Positions 23,765-36,711 of a DNA stretch of 64,000 nt are shown piece after piece (positions within the stretch are counted from its first letter, which is position 1; every line of letters begins with the position of its first letter). This DNA is from Mobula hypostoma (taxonomy: Eukaryota): positions 81,470,001 to 81,534,000 of the forward strand of contig NC_086108.1 of assembly GCF_963921235.1 (NCBI RefSeq), read 5' to 3'. Position numbers and translations under genes: made by a program. The notes beneath the pieces are model-generated. The model had not been told where the DNA came from and made no database searches. It was given only the letters and a program-made list of their open reading frames with translations.

Positions 23765-24730
23765 AAATTGTTTTACTATTGTCACATGTACCAGGTTGTA
23801 GTGAAAAACTTTGTTCTTTATGTCATCTGTACAGATAATGTCATTACATCAGGAGCCTGAAGACATACACTCAACTTTTTAGGAATAGCTTCTTCCCCTC
23901 TGCCATCAGTTTTCTGAACAGTTAATGAACCAACTCTTTCTGTCTATTTTCTCTCTTATTTGCACTATTTATTTAATTTAATTCATATATATTTCTTATT
24001 GTAATTTATAGTTTGTTTACCTCGGAGAGGCAGCTGGTTCACATTGCTTCCTTCAGAGAGGCCGTTGGGTCCTAATGCTCCCAGAAGTTGAATGAAATTC
24101 TGTGATTTATGGATTGGGCTGTAGTTCACGTTAACTGTAGTTCATATTGGGGGTCTTTCATTTCTATGGGTTTTTTTTTCATGTTTTCGCCCTTCGTTCT
24201 TGTTGCTGATTGGCAGGCTGGAGGTCTGGGGTCTGATATTCTGATTTATCAGTTTTTATGTGAGGCAGGAGTTGAGGGGGGTTGTGGTTTGCGAGTTTTT
24301 TGTTTCTTTTTCTTTTCATACGGGGGGTTACAACAAGAGGGCGGGGGGGGGGACTGATGTCTTTCTTTCCACTACTTCTCTGGTTTTCTGGCTATCTGGA
24401 GAAGGCAAATCCCAGAGTTGTATTCTGCATACATACTTTGATAATAAAGTGGACCTTTGAACCTTTGAGCCTTCAGTATTTTCTGTGTACTGCTGCCACA
24501 AAACAACAAATTTCAAGACATATGCAGTGATATTGCTTCTGGTTCTGGTTCATTGAGGTAGTACAAGGAAAAACAATTACAGAGTGCAGAATCATCTATT
24601 ATAGTTACAGAGGACATGCTGTGCAAGCAGACAATAAGGTGGAAGACTGTGAGGTCAAGAGACCACCTTATCGTACTAGAGAACCATTCAATAGTCTGAG
24701 AGCAGTGAGACAAAAGCTGCCCTTGAGCCT
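23765..24730. mobile_element. Cluster of Rex1/Babar-type 3' ends in both orientations
   Basis: aggaatagcttcttcccctctgccatcag; tail catactttgataataaa...ttgaacctttga; minus remnant gaaccattcaatagtctg. Confidence 0.6.
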
Positions 24731-25120
24731 TGCAGTACATGATGTTAGGCACTTGGAGGATGAAGGGAAATTTAATAAAGGTGTGCAACTTGAACAACAG
24801 AAGAAATGTTTCCAATAGCCACCAGCACAAGAGCTAAGGAACACAGATTTAAGGCTTTAAGGGTAATAGGTAAAGGAGAGAACATGAGGAAGAACTTTCT
24901 TACAGAGCAAGTGATAAAGCCCTGGACCTTGCTGCCCATGACCATGGTAGAGGACAAGACAACCAATTATTTTAAAGGGAAATTCAATTAACACTTGAAA
25001 AAGATAGCCCTGCAGGGCCACAGGGAAAGATCAGGAGAAGGTAACGAACTGGGTGGTTCTACAAGCCAGCATGGGGTCACTGAGCTGAATGATCTCTTTC
25101 AATGCCATAACAATTCTAGC
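24730..25120 (+). mobile_element. Old CR1 3' fragment
   Basis: MFP...TRAKEHRFK...MRKNFLTEQVIKPWTLLP. Confidence 0.7.
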
Positions 25121-26004
25121 ATTCTGTGGCCATGTACACTAGCTGGACTTTGGAAAGCAGTCAGGTCCATGCCATGCAGTGTTGTTATAGATTCTGAAAG
25201 GTGCAATTTAGATTTAACCTCATCGAGCAAACAAAACAGTTTTGAAAAAATACTGAATGTTAAAACATTACAAGAGTATATGGATAATAGTGGAGTATTT
25301 AGAACAGAAAATTAATTTCCAAATCACTTCAGTTGCTGTGATTATAGAATGTTAACATGTGAAGGTACTATAGTGACAGGTTAGACACATTTTAAACAAA
25401 GGTAGCAATTAAGGTTGGCAGAATTTAAAAATATGCCACAGTAAAAAGTAAAACTTACCAACACAACAGTAAAAAAATCTTTTTCTGTCATAACTTTCCA
25501 TGAAGCCAGTATATCACTCTTTGGTGTGTACCATTCTGATATATCAAAATCAATTAAATACTTGCAGTAAACTTATGAATCTCTGATCTTTAATAATCTT
25601 GTATCTTTAATTTATAGAGTAAAAATTCTTCTGTAATTAGATTGTAAGCTTTATTTTGTAGACCTCAATGCAGGATAACAAGATGTGACTTTAATTTTTA
25701 AAGCTATCCCAAGAATATTGGTTTTCTATTTCTATTATGTCATCCTTTATTTTATTTCCAGGTTTAGCTTTAGAAGATTCAACCTATTGCCAAAAACAAT
25801 TATCAAGTGGATGGCCTACAGCATCAGAAGGCAACCCCACTCATGTATCTAATAAAGTGTTTACTGAGTGTATACGTGACAAGTTTGAAATCTGTTCAAT
25901 TTAGTTATACAAACGTAGATAATTGCTCAAATAATTTTTAAAGAGTTAAAATAATTTATTTAATGTAAATATCATTTCATGTTCAGAAAAAAAGGGATAT
26001 TACT

Positions 26005-27052
26005 TCTGTGTGTCAGATTGGAGGACTGTGTGTAGCAGTGTGCCTCAGGGATCTGTACTGGGTCCAATGTTGTTTGTCACATATATTAATGATCTGGATG
26101 ATGGGGTGGTAAATTGGATGAGTAAGTATGCAGATGATACTAAGATGGGTGGCGTTGTGGATAATGAAGTAGGTTTTCAAACCTTGCAGAGAGATTTGGG
26201 CCAGTTAGAAGAGTGGGCTGAAAGATGGCAGATGGAGTTTAATGCTGAAAAATGTGAGGTGCTACATTTTGGTAGGACTAATCAAAATAGGACATACATG
26301 GTAAATGGTATGGCATTGAAGAATGCTGTAGAACAGAGGGATCTAGGAATAATGGTGCATAGTTCCCTGAAGGTGGAATCTCATGTGGATAGGGTGGTGA
26401 AGAAAGCTTTTGGTGTGCTGGCCTTTATTAATCAGTGCATTGAGTATAGGAGTTGGGATGTAATGTTGAAATTGTACAAGGCATTGGTAGGGCCAAATTT
26501 GGAGTTCTGAATTTGGTGTACAGTTTTGGTCTCCGAATTATAGGAAAGATGTCAATAAAATTGAGAGAGTACAGAGGAGATTTACTAAAATTTTGCCTGG
26601 GTTTCATCTCCTAAGTTACAGAGAAAGGTTGAACAAGTTAGGTCTTTATTCTTTGGAGCGTAGAAGGTTGAGGGGGGACTTGATAGAGGTGTTTAAAATT
26701 ATGAGGGGGATTGATAGAGTTGACGTGGATAGGCTTTTTCCATTGAGAGTGGGGGAGATTCAAACAAGAGGACATGAGTTGCGAGTTAAAGGGCAAAAGT
26801 TTAGGGGTAACATGAGGGGGAACTACTTTACTCGGAGAGTGGTAGCTGTGTGGAACGAGCTTCCAGCAGAAGTGGTTGAGGCAGGTTCGATGTTGTCGTT
26901 TAAAGTTAAATTGGATAGATATATGGACAGGAAAGGAATGGAGGGTTATGGGCTGAGTGCAGGTCGGTGGGGCTAGGTGAGAGTAAGAGTTCGGCACGGA
27001 CTAGAAGGGCCGAGATGGCCTGTTTCCGTGCTGTAATTGTTATATGGTTATA
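26005..27052 (+). mobile_element. CR1 3' fragment
   Basis: VPQGSVLGP, KYADDTK, SLERRRLRGDLIEV, 3' UTR and tail. Confidence 0.93.
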
Positions 27053-27222
27053 CTTAAGAGACATGCAAATGCATTTGTTGAAAATTCTGAGGATCTGTGT
27101 GCAAGGTATTCTGTTATAATATTGAGCACTGAATCTGCAATTGATTGTAAGGGCTTGCATTCCATCATCAGCGTGCGAGTGATTGCTCATGCTTGCCAGT
27201 ATGCCTGGAGAGAGAAGTACAT

Positions 27223-28109
27223 GCAGACATCCCACCCTGCAAAAACCACCACCATCACCTCCCACAACCCCATATCTCCACCACCCCCCCCATTGACCTT
27301 CTTTGTTAGACATGGTTTTCTGCTGAAAAGAACTGTGAAATACTTGAGCAGCCTTCCCTGTGCTTAGCCTCCCTAATATTTTGTGGTCCCTAAAAGCATA
27401 AGATGTATCCTTATTATAGTGTCTTATGCTGAAAATGTGACATTAAAATATGTACTTGTATTATATTATCATGGAGTCTTTTTTTATTCTATTACAACTT
27501 TAAGCAAGTTTACAGGGAGTTTGGCCTCATCACATAGGACATCAATAGAGTAGCTCCTTAGCAGCTAGCCAGCTAGTTTAAATAACGTTAGCTATGCTGT
27601 AATGACACCTGTTAAACTCACCTCAACATGTCTTTTACAGTCCTAACCCACCACGGGCAATAGAAAAGTCACTGTTGCAAACAGTGCAGCGAGCAACACT
27701 GTCATTATTTTTCACCCCTATTAGGCAGGGGTACACTTTAGTGTAGTCGGGGGTGAAGTACGTTTTATATTTTCTTTTTTTGGAACACTCTGCCATGGCG
27801 CTGCAGGATACTAAACTAAACTGATGGACAATGAGAGAGAGAAAGAGAGAGAGAGAGAGAGGTCGACTGTAAAGCCCGCCCACAGAGAAAACTGATAGGT
27901 CCACTTAGCACAAAGAGAGACAAATCAGGATGCTCTCTCTGTCACTCTCTTGCTACCTCTCTGTCTCCCCCCTCTCCCTCTCTCCCCCTCCCCTTCTCGC
28001 TCTCAAAAAAATCAATTTCCAGGATATTGTATATAATTTGCAGGTGTCAGGGAGCGGCTATCAATATGCGGGAGACTCCTGGAACTTCCGGGAGAGATGG
28101 GATGTCTGC
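27223..28109 (-). mobile_element. Non-autonomous hAT DNA transposon with BED zinc-finger remnant
   Basis: Inverted 12-mers GCAGACATCCCA (27223-27234) / TGGGATGTCTGC (28098-28109); minus ORF MAECSKKRKYKTYF...ARCTVCNSDFSIARGG resembles the hAT N-terminal BED finger. No 8-bp TSD found, so the left end is uncertain. Confidence 0.65.
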
Positions 28110-28409
28110 TATAGGCATAGGCTTGCTGCATCTGATGTTCACCCTTTATAATTAAAGAGCTCATTTACCAATGATGGGGGTTAAAATCTATAAATACTAT
28201 GTACATATCAACACTTACTCAATCTATTTTCACACTGGTTCTATGAGAACATCTCTGGGCCGACGATGTAAAATCAATATACAATTTGTGGTCTTTCTGC
28301 CACTTCTGCTGCACAGACAGTAAACATCCTATTCAGCATAAACCATCCTCCAGTACTGGTCAGTAGTACCCAAGTCACAATTCTTCAAATGCACATCTAG
28401 GTGCTAAGC

Positions 28410-28905
28410 ATGTCTGCTTCTAGCATCTCTAATCCATCTACAAATGACATCTACGAGGAGTGCTGCCACAAGAAAGCATCACCCATCATCAAGAAACCCT
28501 GCCACCCAGACTGTGCTATCTTCTCATTCTTGCTGTTGGGAAGGAGGTACAGGGGCCTTAGGTCCCACACCACCAGGTTCAGAAGCAGTTATTACTCTTC
28601 AACCAACAGGCTCCTGAACCAGTGTAGATAACTTCACTCATCTCAACACTGAAGTGATCCAACAACCTATGAACCCACGTTCAAGGACTCCACAACTCAT
28701 GTTCTCAATATTATTTATTTACTTACTTTTTTTTGTATTTTCACAGTTCGTCTTCTTTTCCACCTTGTCCATTTTTGTGTGAATGTGACTTTACATTGAT
28801 TCTATTGTATTTCTTTGTACATACTGCAAATGTCCACAAGGAAATTAAACTCAGGGTGACATATACTGTACATACTTCGATGATAAATTTACTCCGTACT
28901 TTGAA
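28410..28905 (+). mobile_element. Rex1/Babar 3' fragment
   Basis: KKASPIIKKPCHP...GRRYRGLRSHTTRFRSSYY plus typical 3' UTR tail. Confidence 0.8.
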
Positions 28906-28909
28906 CCTT

Positions 28910-29430
28910 CTCCAGACCACCACCAATGAAGAAAGGGTTTCCTCATCTCTCCTCTAATCCTTCAACAAATGATTTTAAATCCATTTCCCCAATATTCACA
29001 CCCTCTGCTAAGTGATATAGGAGAACTTTTATGACCTATCTAGACTCCTTTTTCATCTCAGTTAAATCTTCCTTCATCCTCCTCTATCCCAGAGAAAAAA
29101 CACTCTATTTATCTTCCCTCAGAGCTAACCACTTCCAGTTCTGGCAATGCTTTTGTAAATTTCCTCAGTAGTCCTACAAATGTAATCACATCTTTCTGTT
29201 AATAGGGTGATCAGACTTGTATAGTATATCGTGTTGCTTACGTTTCCAGGAAAACCTCTCTACTCATACGTTCTTGTCCAATAATGAAATACATGGGTAA
29301 TATCCCATGTGCATTTATAACCATCTTATAAAGTTGTCCTGCTAACTTAAAGATCATGTGTATATACATTCCAAGGTCACTCTGTTTCATTCATACAATT
29401 CAACATCCCTTCATTTATTGTTTCCTCATC
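28910..29430 (-). mobile_element. Highly degenerate CR1 fragment
   Basis: Weak reverse-complement similarity to CR1 ORF2 C-terminal DNA elsewhere in the window. Confidence 0.45.
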
Positions 29431-29524
29431 TCTCCTCTAATCTTCCACAAATAACTTAAAGTCCATGTCGCCAATTTATTCTTCTATTTCATTCTACTTC
29501 CCACTCTTCGCACTGTCAAATTTC

Positions 29525-30300
29525 ACCCAGCTGTCAAATTCACTTTGCCCATCTCCAACAGTTCTCTTCACTTTCTTGATCTCCCTGTCTCCATCTGAGA
29601 AGATGGATTATCTATTGACATCTACTACAAACCTACTGACTCTTTACATGTGACCATTTATTTGACCTGGTGGATATTCCGGTTGTTATGGCAGACAATT
29701 TAATTCCACTTCCTATTCCCACCTCGACATGTCTGTCCACAGTCACCTCAACAGCTAAGTTAAGTTAGATGTAGATTAGAGGAACAACACTTCATATTCC
29801 GTCCTGAAGGTATCCAGCCTCATGGCATGAACATCAGCTCCTTTCCATTCCTGGAAGGTGATCCCCTCTGTCTCCTCCTTATTTTTCTTTATTCCTTCGG
29901 CCCCAATACACTTTCTCTTTCCCCTCACCACCCTCTCGATCTGCCCATCCTTCTGGATCTCTCCTCACTTTATTCCATGGTCCACTGTCCTCTCCTTTCA
30001 GATTCCATCTTCTTCAGCCTTTGTTACTTCCACCTAAAACCTCCCAGCTTGTTTCATCATTCTCACTCTTCCCCTCCCTCATCTGCCTATCATCCCCCTT
30101 CACTTGGATTCACCCACCATGCCTTACTCCACTCCTTTCCCTCACTATTTTATGCTAATTCTCCTCTTTCTTTCCAGTCCTGATGAAGGGAATTGACCCG
30201 AAATGTCGACTGTCTATTTCCCTCCAATATTTGCCTCATTGAATTCCTCCAGCATTTTGTGCATTGCTCCAGCTTTCCCACATCTTCAGTCTTTCTTCTG
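29525..30300 (+). mobile_element. Penelope-like element remnant (RT thumb, GIY-YIG end, hammerhead tail)
   Basis: PAVKFT...FLDLPVSI*EDGLSIDIYYKPTDS (PLE RT C-terminal motif), deletion, EN C-terminal remnant, pyrimidine linker, hammerhead. Confidence 0.8.
30175..30212 (+). ncRNA. Minimal type I hammerhead ribozyme motif (best copy in window)
   Basis: Stem I CAGTC/GACTG, core CTGATGA, stem II GGG/CCC, GAAA, minimal stem III, GTC cleavage triplet (cut after 30207). Confidence 0.75.
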
Positions 30301-30439
30301 TCTTTATATATTGTTTATCCTTTTGTTTTGTTCCACCTCTTCAAATGCATTACTTCATACTTTGCTAGGTAAAAATTCCTTTTGCAATTTTCATCCCAAA
30401 CAACCAGAATATTTATATCCTCCCTCATTCTGAAGCTTC

Positions 30440-31630
30440 ATCAGCATTGAGAATCTGGCTGAATAGTGCCAACTTGCAGTCAATGACAGCAAAACCAACG
30501 AGCTGATTATTGAGTCCATGTGGAGGCAACTCGAGGTCCATAAGCCAGTCCTCATCAGGGGATCAGAGGTGGCAAGAGTCAGTAACATTAAATTCCTCAG
30601 CGTTAACATTTTGGGGGAACTGTGCTGGATTCAACATGCAACTGCCATTACAAAGAAGGCACGGCAGCACCTCAGCTTCCTTAGAAGTCTGCACAAATTC
30701 AGCATGTCATCCAAAACTTGGACAAACTTCTATAGATGTGTAGTGGGAAGTATATTGTCTGGCTGCATCTTAGCCTGGTATGGAAACACCAATGCCCTTC
30801 AATGGAAAGAACTACCAAAAGTGCTGGATATGGCCCAGTCGATCATGAGTAAAGCTCTCCCCACCAAGGAGTGGTGTCACAGGAAAGTAGCAACCATCGT
30901 TATGGACCCCCGCCATCCAGGCCATGCTCTCTTTTCGCTGCTGCCATCAGGAAGGAGGTACAGGAACCTCAGTTCCTACGCCACCAGGTTCAGGAACAGT
31001 ATTACCCCTCAACCATCAGGCTCTTGAACCAGAGAGGATAACTTCAATCACCCCCAACACTGAACAGATTCTGCAAACTACAGACTCACTTTTAAGGACT
31101 CTACAACTCATATTCTCGGTAGTTATTTCTCGGTTAGGGCGGTGGGGTGGAGATACATCTCTACCAAAGGAGGCGTAAGGCACTCCTTCCCTTCGCTAGC
31201 CTGCTGATCATCATTAGGCAAGGTGTGGCACCTGCTTAGCACCCCCCCCCATCCCCACCCCCCGAGCAGGGTCACGTGATGCCATGAGAGCAGGTGGTGG
31301 ATGGTCGTATGAGCAGCTGGTACATATCACAAGTTCCGGTTATGCAACAACTGATGCCAGGAAGCCAATCTCTGAAGAGTATTGATAATGGTTGGGGTCA
31401 CCCGTCCTATAAAACCAGTGCTCAGAAGAAGTAATGGCAAACCACTTCTGTAGAAAATGGAATATAACATATTTCTTTTCTTTTTTTATTTGCAGTTTGC
31501 TGTTTTTTATACATTGATCGTCTCTCTCTGTTGCGTGCAGTTTGTCAATGATTCCATTGTGTTTCTTTCTATTTACTGTGAATTCCCACAAGAAAACAAA
31601 TATGTATTTTGATAACATATTTACTTTGAA
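30440..31630 (+). mobile_element. Rex1/Babar 3' fragment, interrupted at ~31132-31460
   Basis: ORF 30518-31027: VSNIKFLSVNI, KKARQHLSFLRSL, TNFYRCVVGSIL, HPGHALFSLLPSGRRYR. Confidence 0.88.
31132..31460 (+). mobile_element. RTE/BovB-related non-autonomous element
   Basis: Hairpin-rich GC 5' end; ends in aatggcaaaccacttc, a motif recalled from BovB/RTE 5' regions. Confidence 0.55.
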
Positions 31631-32699
31631 CTTTTAACTTCATTAATTGTGCTGTCAAAGTATGTATCAGTCGCTCACTTCTTTACAGTGTGCCATATAT
31701 TTACATCTATACTATTAACAATTATTACAGAAAACAAAACAATGAGTTCTGAGCCCTGTGAGACCTCAGAGTTAACCTTCCAGACTCTCAAAATTATCCA
31801 TTGAACCTATTTCTGCCCTTGAACCAATTTAAGATCCTATCTGCCACTCTTGTTTGATCCTGTGAGTTTCTATTATTTTAACCAGCCTTCAATATGAAGC
31901 AATGTCACAAACCTTAGTTAGGTCCTTGTAGACTATTGAAACACACTGCCTCCACCCTCACCAATGACCTCCCTTGATACTTTCCTAAAGAATCAGATAG
32001 ACTTCTCCCAATTGGTCTCAATTCAATTTCCATTCCAACATACGTTTGGAAAAAAGTCAAATACTACACAGGATATTAAGAACAGATAGTTTGTATTTTG
32101 ATGTGGCAATTCAAGAGATGGCAAATGAAAACAATTATTGACAACCTGTCTAATTGTCTCAAATGTTAGTCTATATGGTAATGTGGGCCTGCATGTGGAG
32201 CCTTCATTGATGTTATACAAATTAGAGTCTGATTACATCAGCATTATCCAAAAAGCATTTTACCCTGGTTCCTGCGGAAATTTATTAACTTTTTCCCAAA
32301 TGTCTGTTGGAATGGAAACCCCCATAGCTCTCCTGCTAGGTTGGAGGAAATTGGCTATCGTAATTTTCTACAAGCGAAGCCATAATCTCTCCTACCCTGA
32401 TTCACATCTCCCAAATCCCTTTTAATTTGCCTTAAATTGGCAAGATGTCAAAATGTACTAATCTACCCTGGATCTGCTGTTGTGCACCTTCCACTTACCT
32501 CGGGCACTCAACCAGTGAGTCTCCATGCCCAGTGCTTTACAGGAGGGGAGAAATCTGTGACTGCATGGGTTTCCTCTCGGTAGTGTAGCTTTCTCCCATT
32601 TCCCAAAGACATGCAGGTTAATCAGCCAGCATAGTTTGCTTCTTGCGTGTATAATACTCGTAGAATCTGGAGGGAACTGATGGGGTGAAAACAGCAAGA

Positions 32700-33245
32700 G
32701 ATTCTACAGATGCTGAATATCCAGAGTAACACTCTACAAAATGTTGGAGGAACTCAGTAGGTCAGGTAGCACCAATGGAGAGGAATAAACAGGCCAAGAT
32801 CCTCCATCAGGACTGGAAAGGAAAGGGGATGAAACCAGAATAAGAAGGGGGGGAGGAGACAAGGAAGAAATATATGCTGGCAGAGGATACGTGAAGGGGA
32901 AGTTGGGTTTGTGGAGGAGGAGGGTCATGTGAGAAGCAAGGAGGTGATGGGTGGAAAAAGTAAAGGGCTGAAAATGAAGAAAACTGATAGAGGAGGAGAG
33001 AGGACCAAGGGAGGAAGGGGAGCAGAAGGGTTGGTGAGGAGAAGAGAAGGTATGAGAGGGGAGCCAGAATAGGAAATGGAAAAAGGGAGAAGGGGCAGGG
33101 GGAAAAATTACCGGAAGTTGCAGAATTCAAGTCAGGCACTACCCTGATGGAATATGAGATGCTGCTTCTCGAACCCGAGAATGACCTCACCATAGTAGTA
33201 GAGGAGGCCATGGACCAACATGTCAGAATGGGAATGGGAAGTAGA
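32700..33245 (-). mobile_element. Penelope-derived unit
   Basis: Reverse copy of GIY-YIG C-terminal remnant (SHSHSDMLVHGLLY...KQHLIFH), purine-rich linker, partly deleted hammerhead (catcaggactgga at ~32805) and tail. Confidence 0.8.
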
Positions 33246-33644
33246 AAGTTCTTCTGTGATGATGATGCTTTCAGAACACAATATTTCTTTTGATGTAAAG
33301 AACGATAAACTTTTTTTGCTGGAAAAAGTTAAAAAAGCAAAGTATTTGGGAGTCGTGTATTTGTAACTTCCCAGTTGCTTAGTTACGTTTAAGAGTTCAT
33401 GGGTCATAACTTCCTAGCTTGAGGCACAGAATGGGGGACGGGTGTGTATGTTCAAAGAAAAATGGTTTCTTGTACATAGTAAACGTATGTATGGAAAAGT
33501 GAGAATAATTCTTGAAAGGGTTTCAGTACTATAAGGGCGTGTTTATATGAATCACTTTTTTTGCCTGGAGTCTTGTGGCTTCAGTAGTAAAAGGACTTTT
33601 ATGTGCTTACATTTTAAGAGGGAAGATGGGGCACGTATAACACA

Positions 33645-34803
33645 GGTAAGGTATTTGACAAGGTTCCACACGGTAGGCTTATTCAGAAAGTCAGAAGGCA
33701 TGGGATCCAAGGAAGTTTGGCCAGGTGGATTCAGAATTGGCTTGCCTGCAGAAAGCAGAGGGTTGTGGTAGAGAGAGTACATTCAGATTGGAGGGTTGTG
33801 ACTAGTGGTGTCCCACAAGGATCTGTTCTGGGACCTCTACTTTTCGTGATTTTTATTAACAACCTGGATGTGGGGGTAGAAGGGTGGGTTGGCAAGTTTG
33901 CAGATGACACAAAGGTTGGTGGTGTTGTGGATAGTGTAGAGGATTGTCGAAGATTGCAGAGAGACATTGATAAGATGCAGAAGTGGGCTGAGAAGTGGCA
34001 GATGGAGTTCAACCCGGAGAAGTGTGAGGTGGTACACTTTGGAAGGACAAACTCCAAGGCAGAGTACAAAGTAAATGGCAGGATACTTGGAAGTGTGGAG
34101 GAGCAGAGGGATCTGGGGGTACATGTCCACAGATCCCTGAAAGTTGCCTCACAGGTAGATAGGGTAGTTAAGAAAGCTTATGGAGTGTTAGCTTTCATAA
34201 GTCAAGAGATAGAGTTTAAGCATTGCGATGTAATGATGCAGCTCTATAAAACTCTGGTTAGGCCACACTTGGAGTATTGTGTCCAGTTCTGGTCACCTCA
34301 CTATAGGAAGGATGTGGAAGCATTGGAAAGGGTACAGAGGAGATTTACCAGGATCCTGCCTGGTTTAGAAAGTATGCATTATGATCAGAGATTAAGGGAG
34401 CTAGGGCTTTACTCTTCGGAGAGAAGGAAGATGAGAGGAGACATGATAGAGGTATACAAGATAGTAAGAGGAATAGATAGAGTAGACAGCCAGCACCTCT
34501 TCCTCAGAGCACCACTGCTCAATACAAGAGGACATGGCTTTGAGGTAAGGGGTGGGAAGTTCAAGGGAGATATTAGAGGAAGGTTTTTTTACTTAGAGAG
34601 TGGTTGGTGCGAGGAATGCACTGCCTGAGTCAGTGGTGGAGGCAGATACACTAGTGAAATTTAAGAGACTGCTGGACAAGTATATAGAGGAATTTAAGGT
34701 GGGGGGTTATATGGGAGGCAGGGTTTAAGGGTCAGCACAACATTGTGGGCTGAAGGGCCTGTACTGTGCTGTACTGTTCTATGTTCTATGTTCTATGTTC
34801 TAT
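33645..34803 (+). mobile_element. CR1 LINE, 5'-truncated, young
   Basis: 303-aa RT fragment; (TTCTATG)n tail; same subfamily as 605-1805. Confidence 0.95.
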
Positions 34804-35409
34804 AATTAAAGTTGGTTGCCGCCAGGAGATCCTGCCTGTCGTGGCAGACAGAGTGAAGGTGCTGATGTGGAGAATAAATTGGAATTGAAGTAGGATAAAT
34901 GAAATTAGGTACTTGACATTTAACATGGACTTGTTAGCCAGAAGAGACTTTTTATTTTTTGTTTTAGATGGCTCTATGACTCTAAAACTAACATTCTGGA
35001 AAAGTTCTCTGAGAAATCTGTTCCAAATTAAATCCGCCCCAGTACTTCCCGTCAAAAATCTTTAAATCCTGTAACTCATTCCAAACAATTATTGATTTTA
35101 ATGCAACCAAGTAGGGGAGAGCAAAAATTGTCCCAAATTTCTCCTATTATAGTATCAAGCTGAAGGCTTTTGGCATTTTCCAATGTTCTATAAGTCTGTC
35201 AAAATCAGTGAGCTGCACAACTACAGTAATTTGTTACAGCTCCCTCTGCTGCTACTGTTATTTCCCGGAGGACTATTGGATATGTTCCATCTGGTTTTCT
35301 TCTGCTGTGATCATTTAAATATTTCAGCTTCAATGATCATTTGTGGCTCACATCTATTTTCTGTGAAGACATTGATTGACCATCACTTCAGCAAACATTA
35401 GAAGATGGT

Positions 35410-36229
35410 AACACAGCAGGCCAGGCAGCATCTATAGGAAGAAGTACAGTCAACGTTTTGGGCTGAGACCCTTCGTCAGGACTAACTGAAAGAAGAGATA
35501 GTAAGAGATTTGAAAGGGGGAGAGGGAGATCTGAAATGATAGGAGAAGGCAGGAGGGGAGGGGTGGATCTAAGAGCTGGAAAGTTGACTGGCAAAAGGGA
35601 TACCAGACTGGAGAAGGGAGAGGATCATGGGACGGGAAGCCTTGGGAGAAAGAGAAGGGGGGAGGGGAGCCCGGAGGGTGGAGAGCAGGCAAGGAGTTAT
35701 AGTGAGAGGGACAGAGGGAGAAAAAAGAGAAGAAAAAAAGGGGAAAAAATAAAATATATATAAAAATATATTAAATAAATAAATAAGGGATGGGGTGTGA
35801 AGGGGAGGTGGGGCATTAACGGAAGTTAGAGAAGTTCATGTTCATGCCATCAGGTTGGAGGCTACCCAGACTGAATATAAGCTGTTGTTCCTCCAACCTG
35901 AGTGTGGCTTCATCTTGACAGTAGAGGAGGCTGTGGATAGACATATCAGAATGGGAACGGGACGTGGAATTAAAATGTGTAGCCACTGGGAGACCCTGCT
36001 TTCTCTGGCGGACAGAGCGTAGGTGTTCAGCGAAACAGTCTCCCAGCCTGCATCGGGTCTCGCCAATATATAAAAGGCCGCACTGGGAGCACCGGACGCA
36101 GTATATCACCCCAGCCGACTCACAGGTGAAGTGCCGCCTTACCTGGAAGGATTGTCTGGGGCGCTGAATGGTGGTAAGGGAGGAAGTGTAAGGACCTGAA
36201 TGGTGGTGAGAGAGGAAGTGTAAGGACCT
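35410..36229 (-). mobile_element. Penelope-like element 3' part with GIY-YIG endonuclease and hammerhead
   Basis: ORF 35816-36244: HFTCESAGVIYCVRCSQCGLLYIGET...EH...VATHFN...GMN; hammerhead-like motif at 35447-35484; possible TSD gaagatggt (35401-35409) / gaagatagt (36230-36238). Confidence 0.92.
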
Positions 36230-36711
36230 GAAGATAGTTACCACTGAATTTACATAAGTTGAGCTGAAGACAGGACTTCACCAAGTGCAACCAGGATACT
36301 TAGAAGTTTTCTATTCAGTTATCAAGCGATTAGGAAAGTTGACTTTGTACTCACTTCAGGTTTAACAGTGACTTTTTCTCAAAGGGAAATGACAAGGAAA
36401 AGTCAGTATTTTGAGCAAATCTCGGCTCCAAAACAATTGATCATGCTGAAAAGATAAATAAGCCAGAAGGTAGATATTGCTCAACAAATAAGTTCTCAAT
36501 CTCAAAATCATCATTTGTTTTTTTGTAATAAGAGGCATCCCAACAAAAAATTCTGCTTTTATATGAAGAAATCCAAGTAGATAAATGTTGACAAAGATTT
36601 TCTTTCTGTTTCTGTCAATTTGTTTCCAGGCTGATAAGGAGTAAGAAGCACAATATTGAAGTTGGGAGAGTGGGGTGGGTGGATAGGGAGGTGGTTTGGA
36701 TGAGAGCAGAA

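Noticed and set aside
25762..25875. Terminal exon with AATAAA
   Set aside because: The acceptor looks good, but there is no donor and gtatctaataaagtgtttactgagtgta resembles a Tc1/mariner-type terminal remnant; unsupported.
31132..31240. Second HDV-like ribozyme
   Set aside because: ggcaa-ggtg/cacc-gcttagc and gctag/ttagc are suggestive, but P1, P3, L3 and J4/2 cannot be built in this copy.
36164..36230. CRISPR-like or satellite repeat
   Set aside because: Only two adjacent 32-nt copies with no spacer, in eukaryotic retroelement context.
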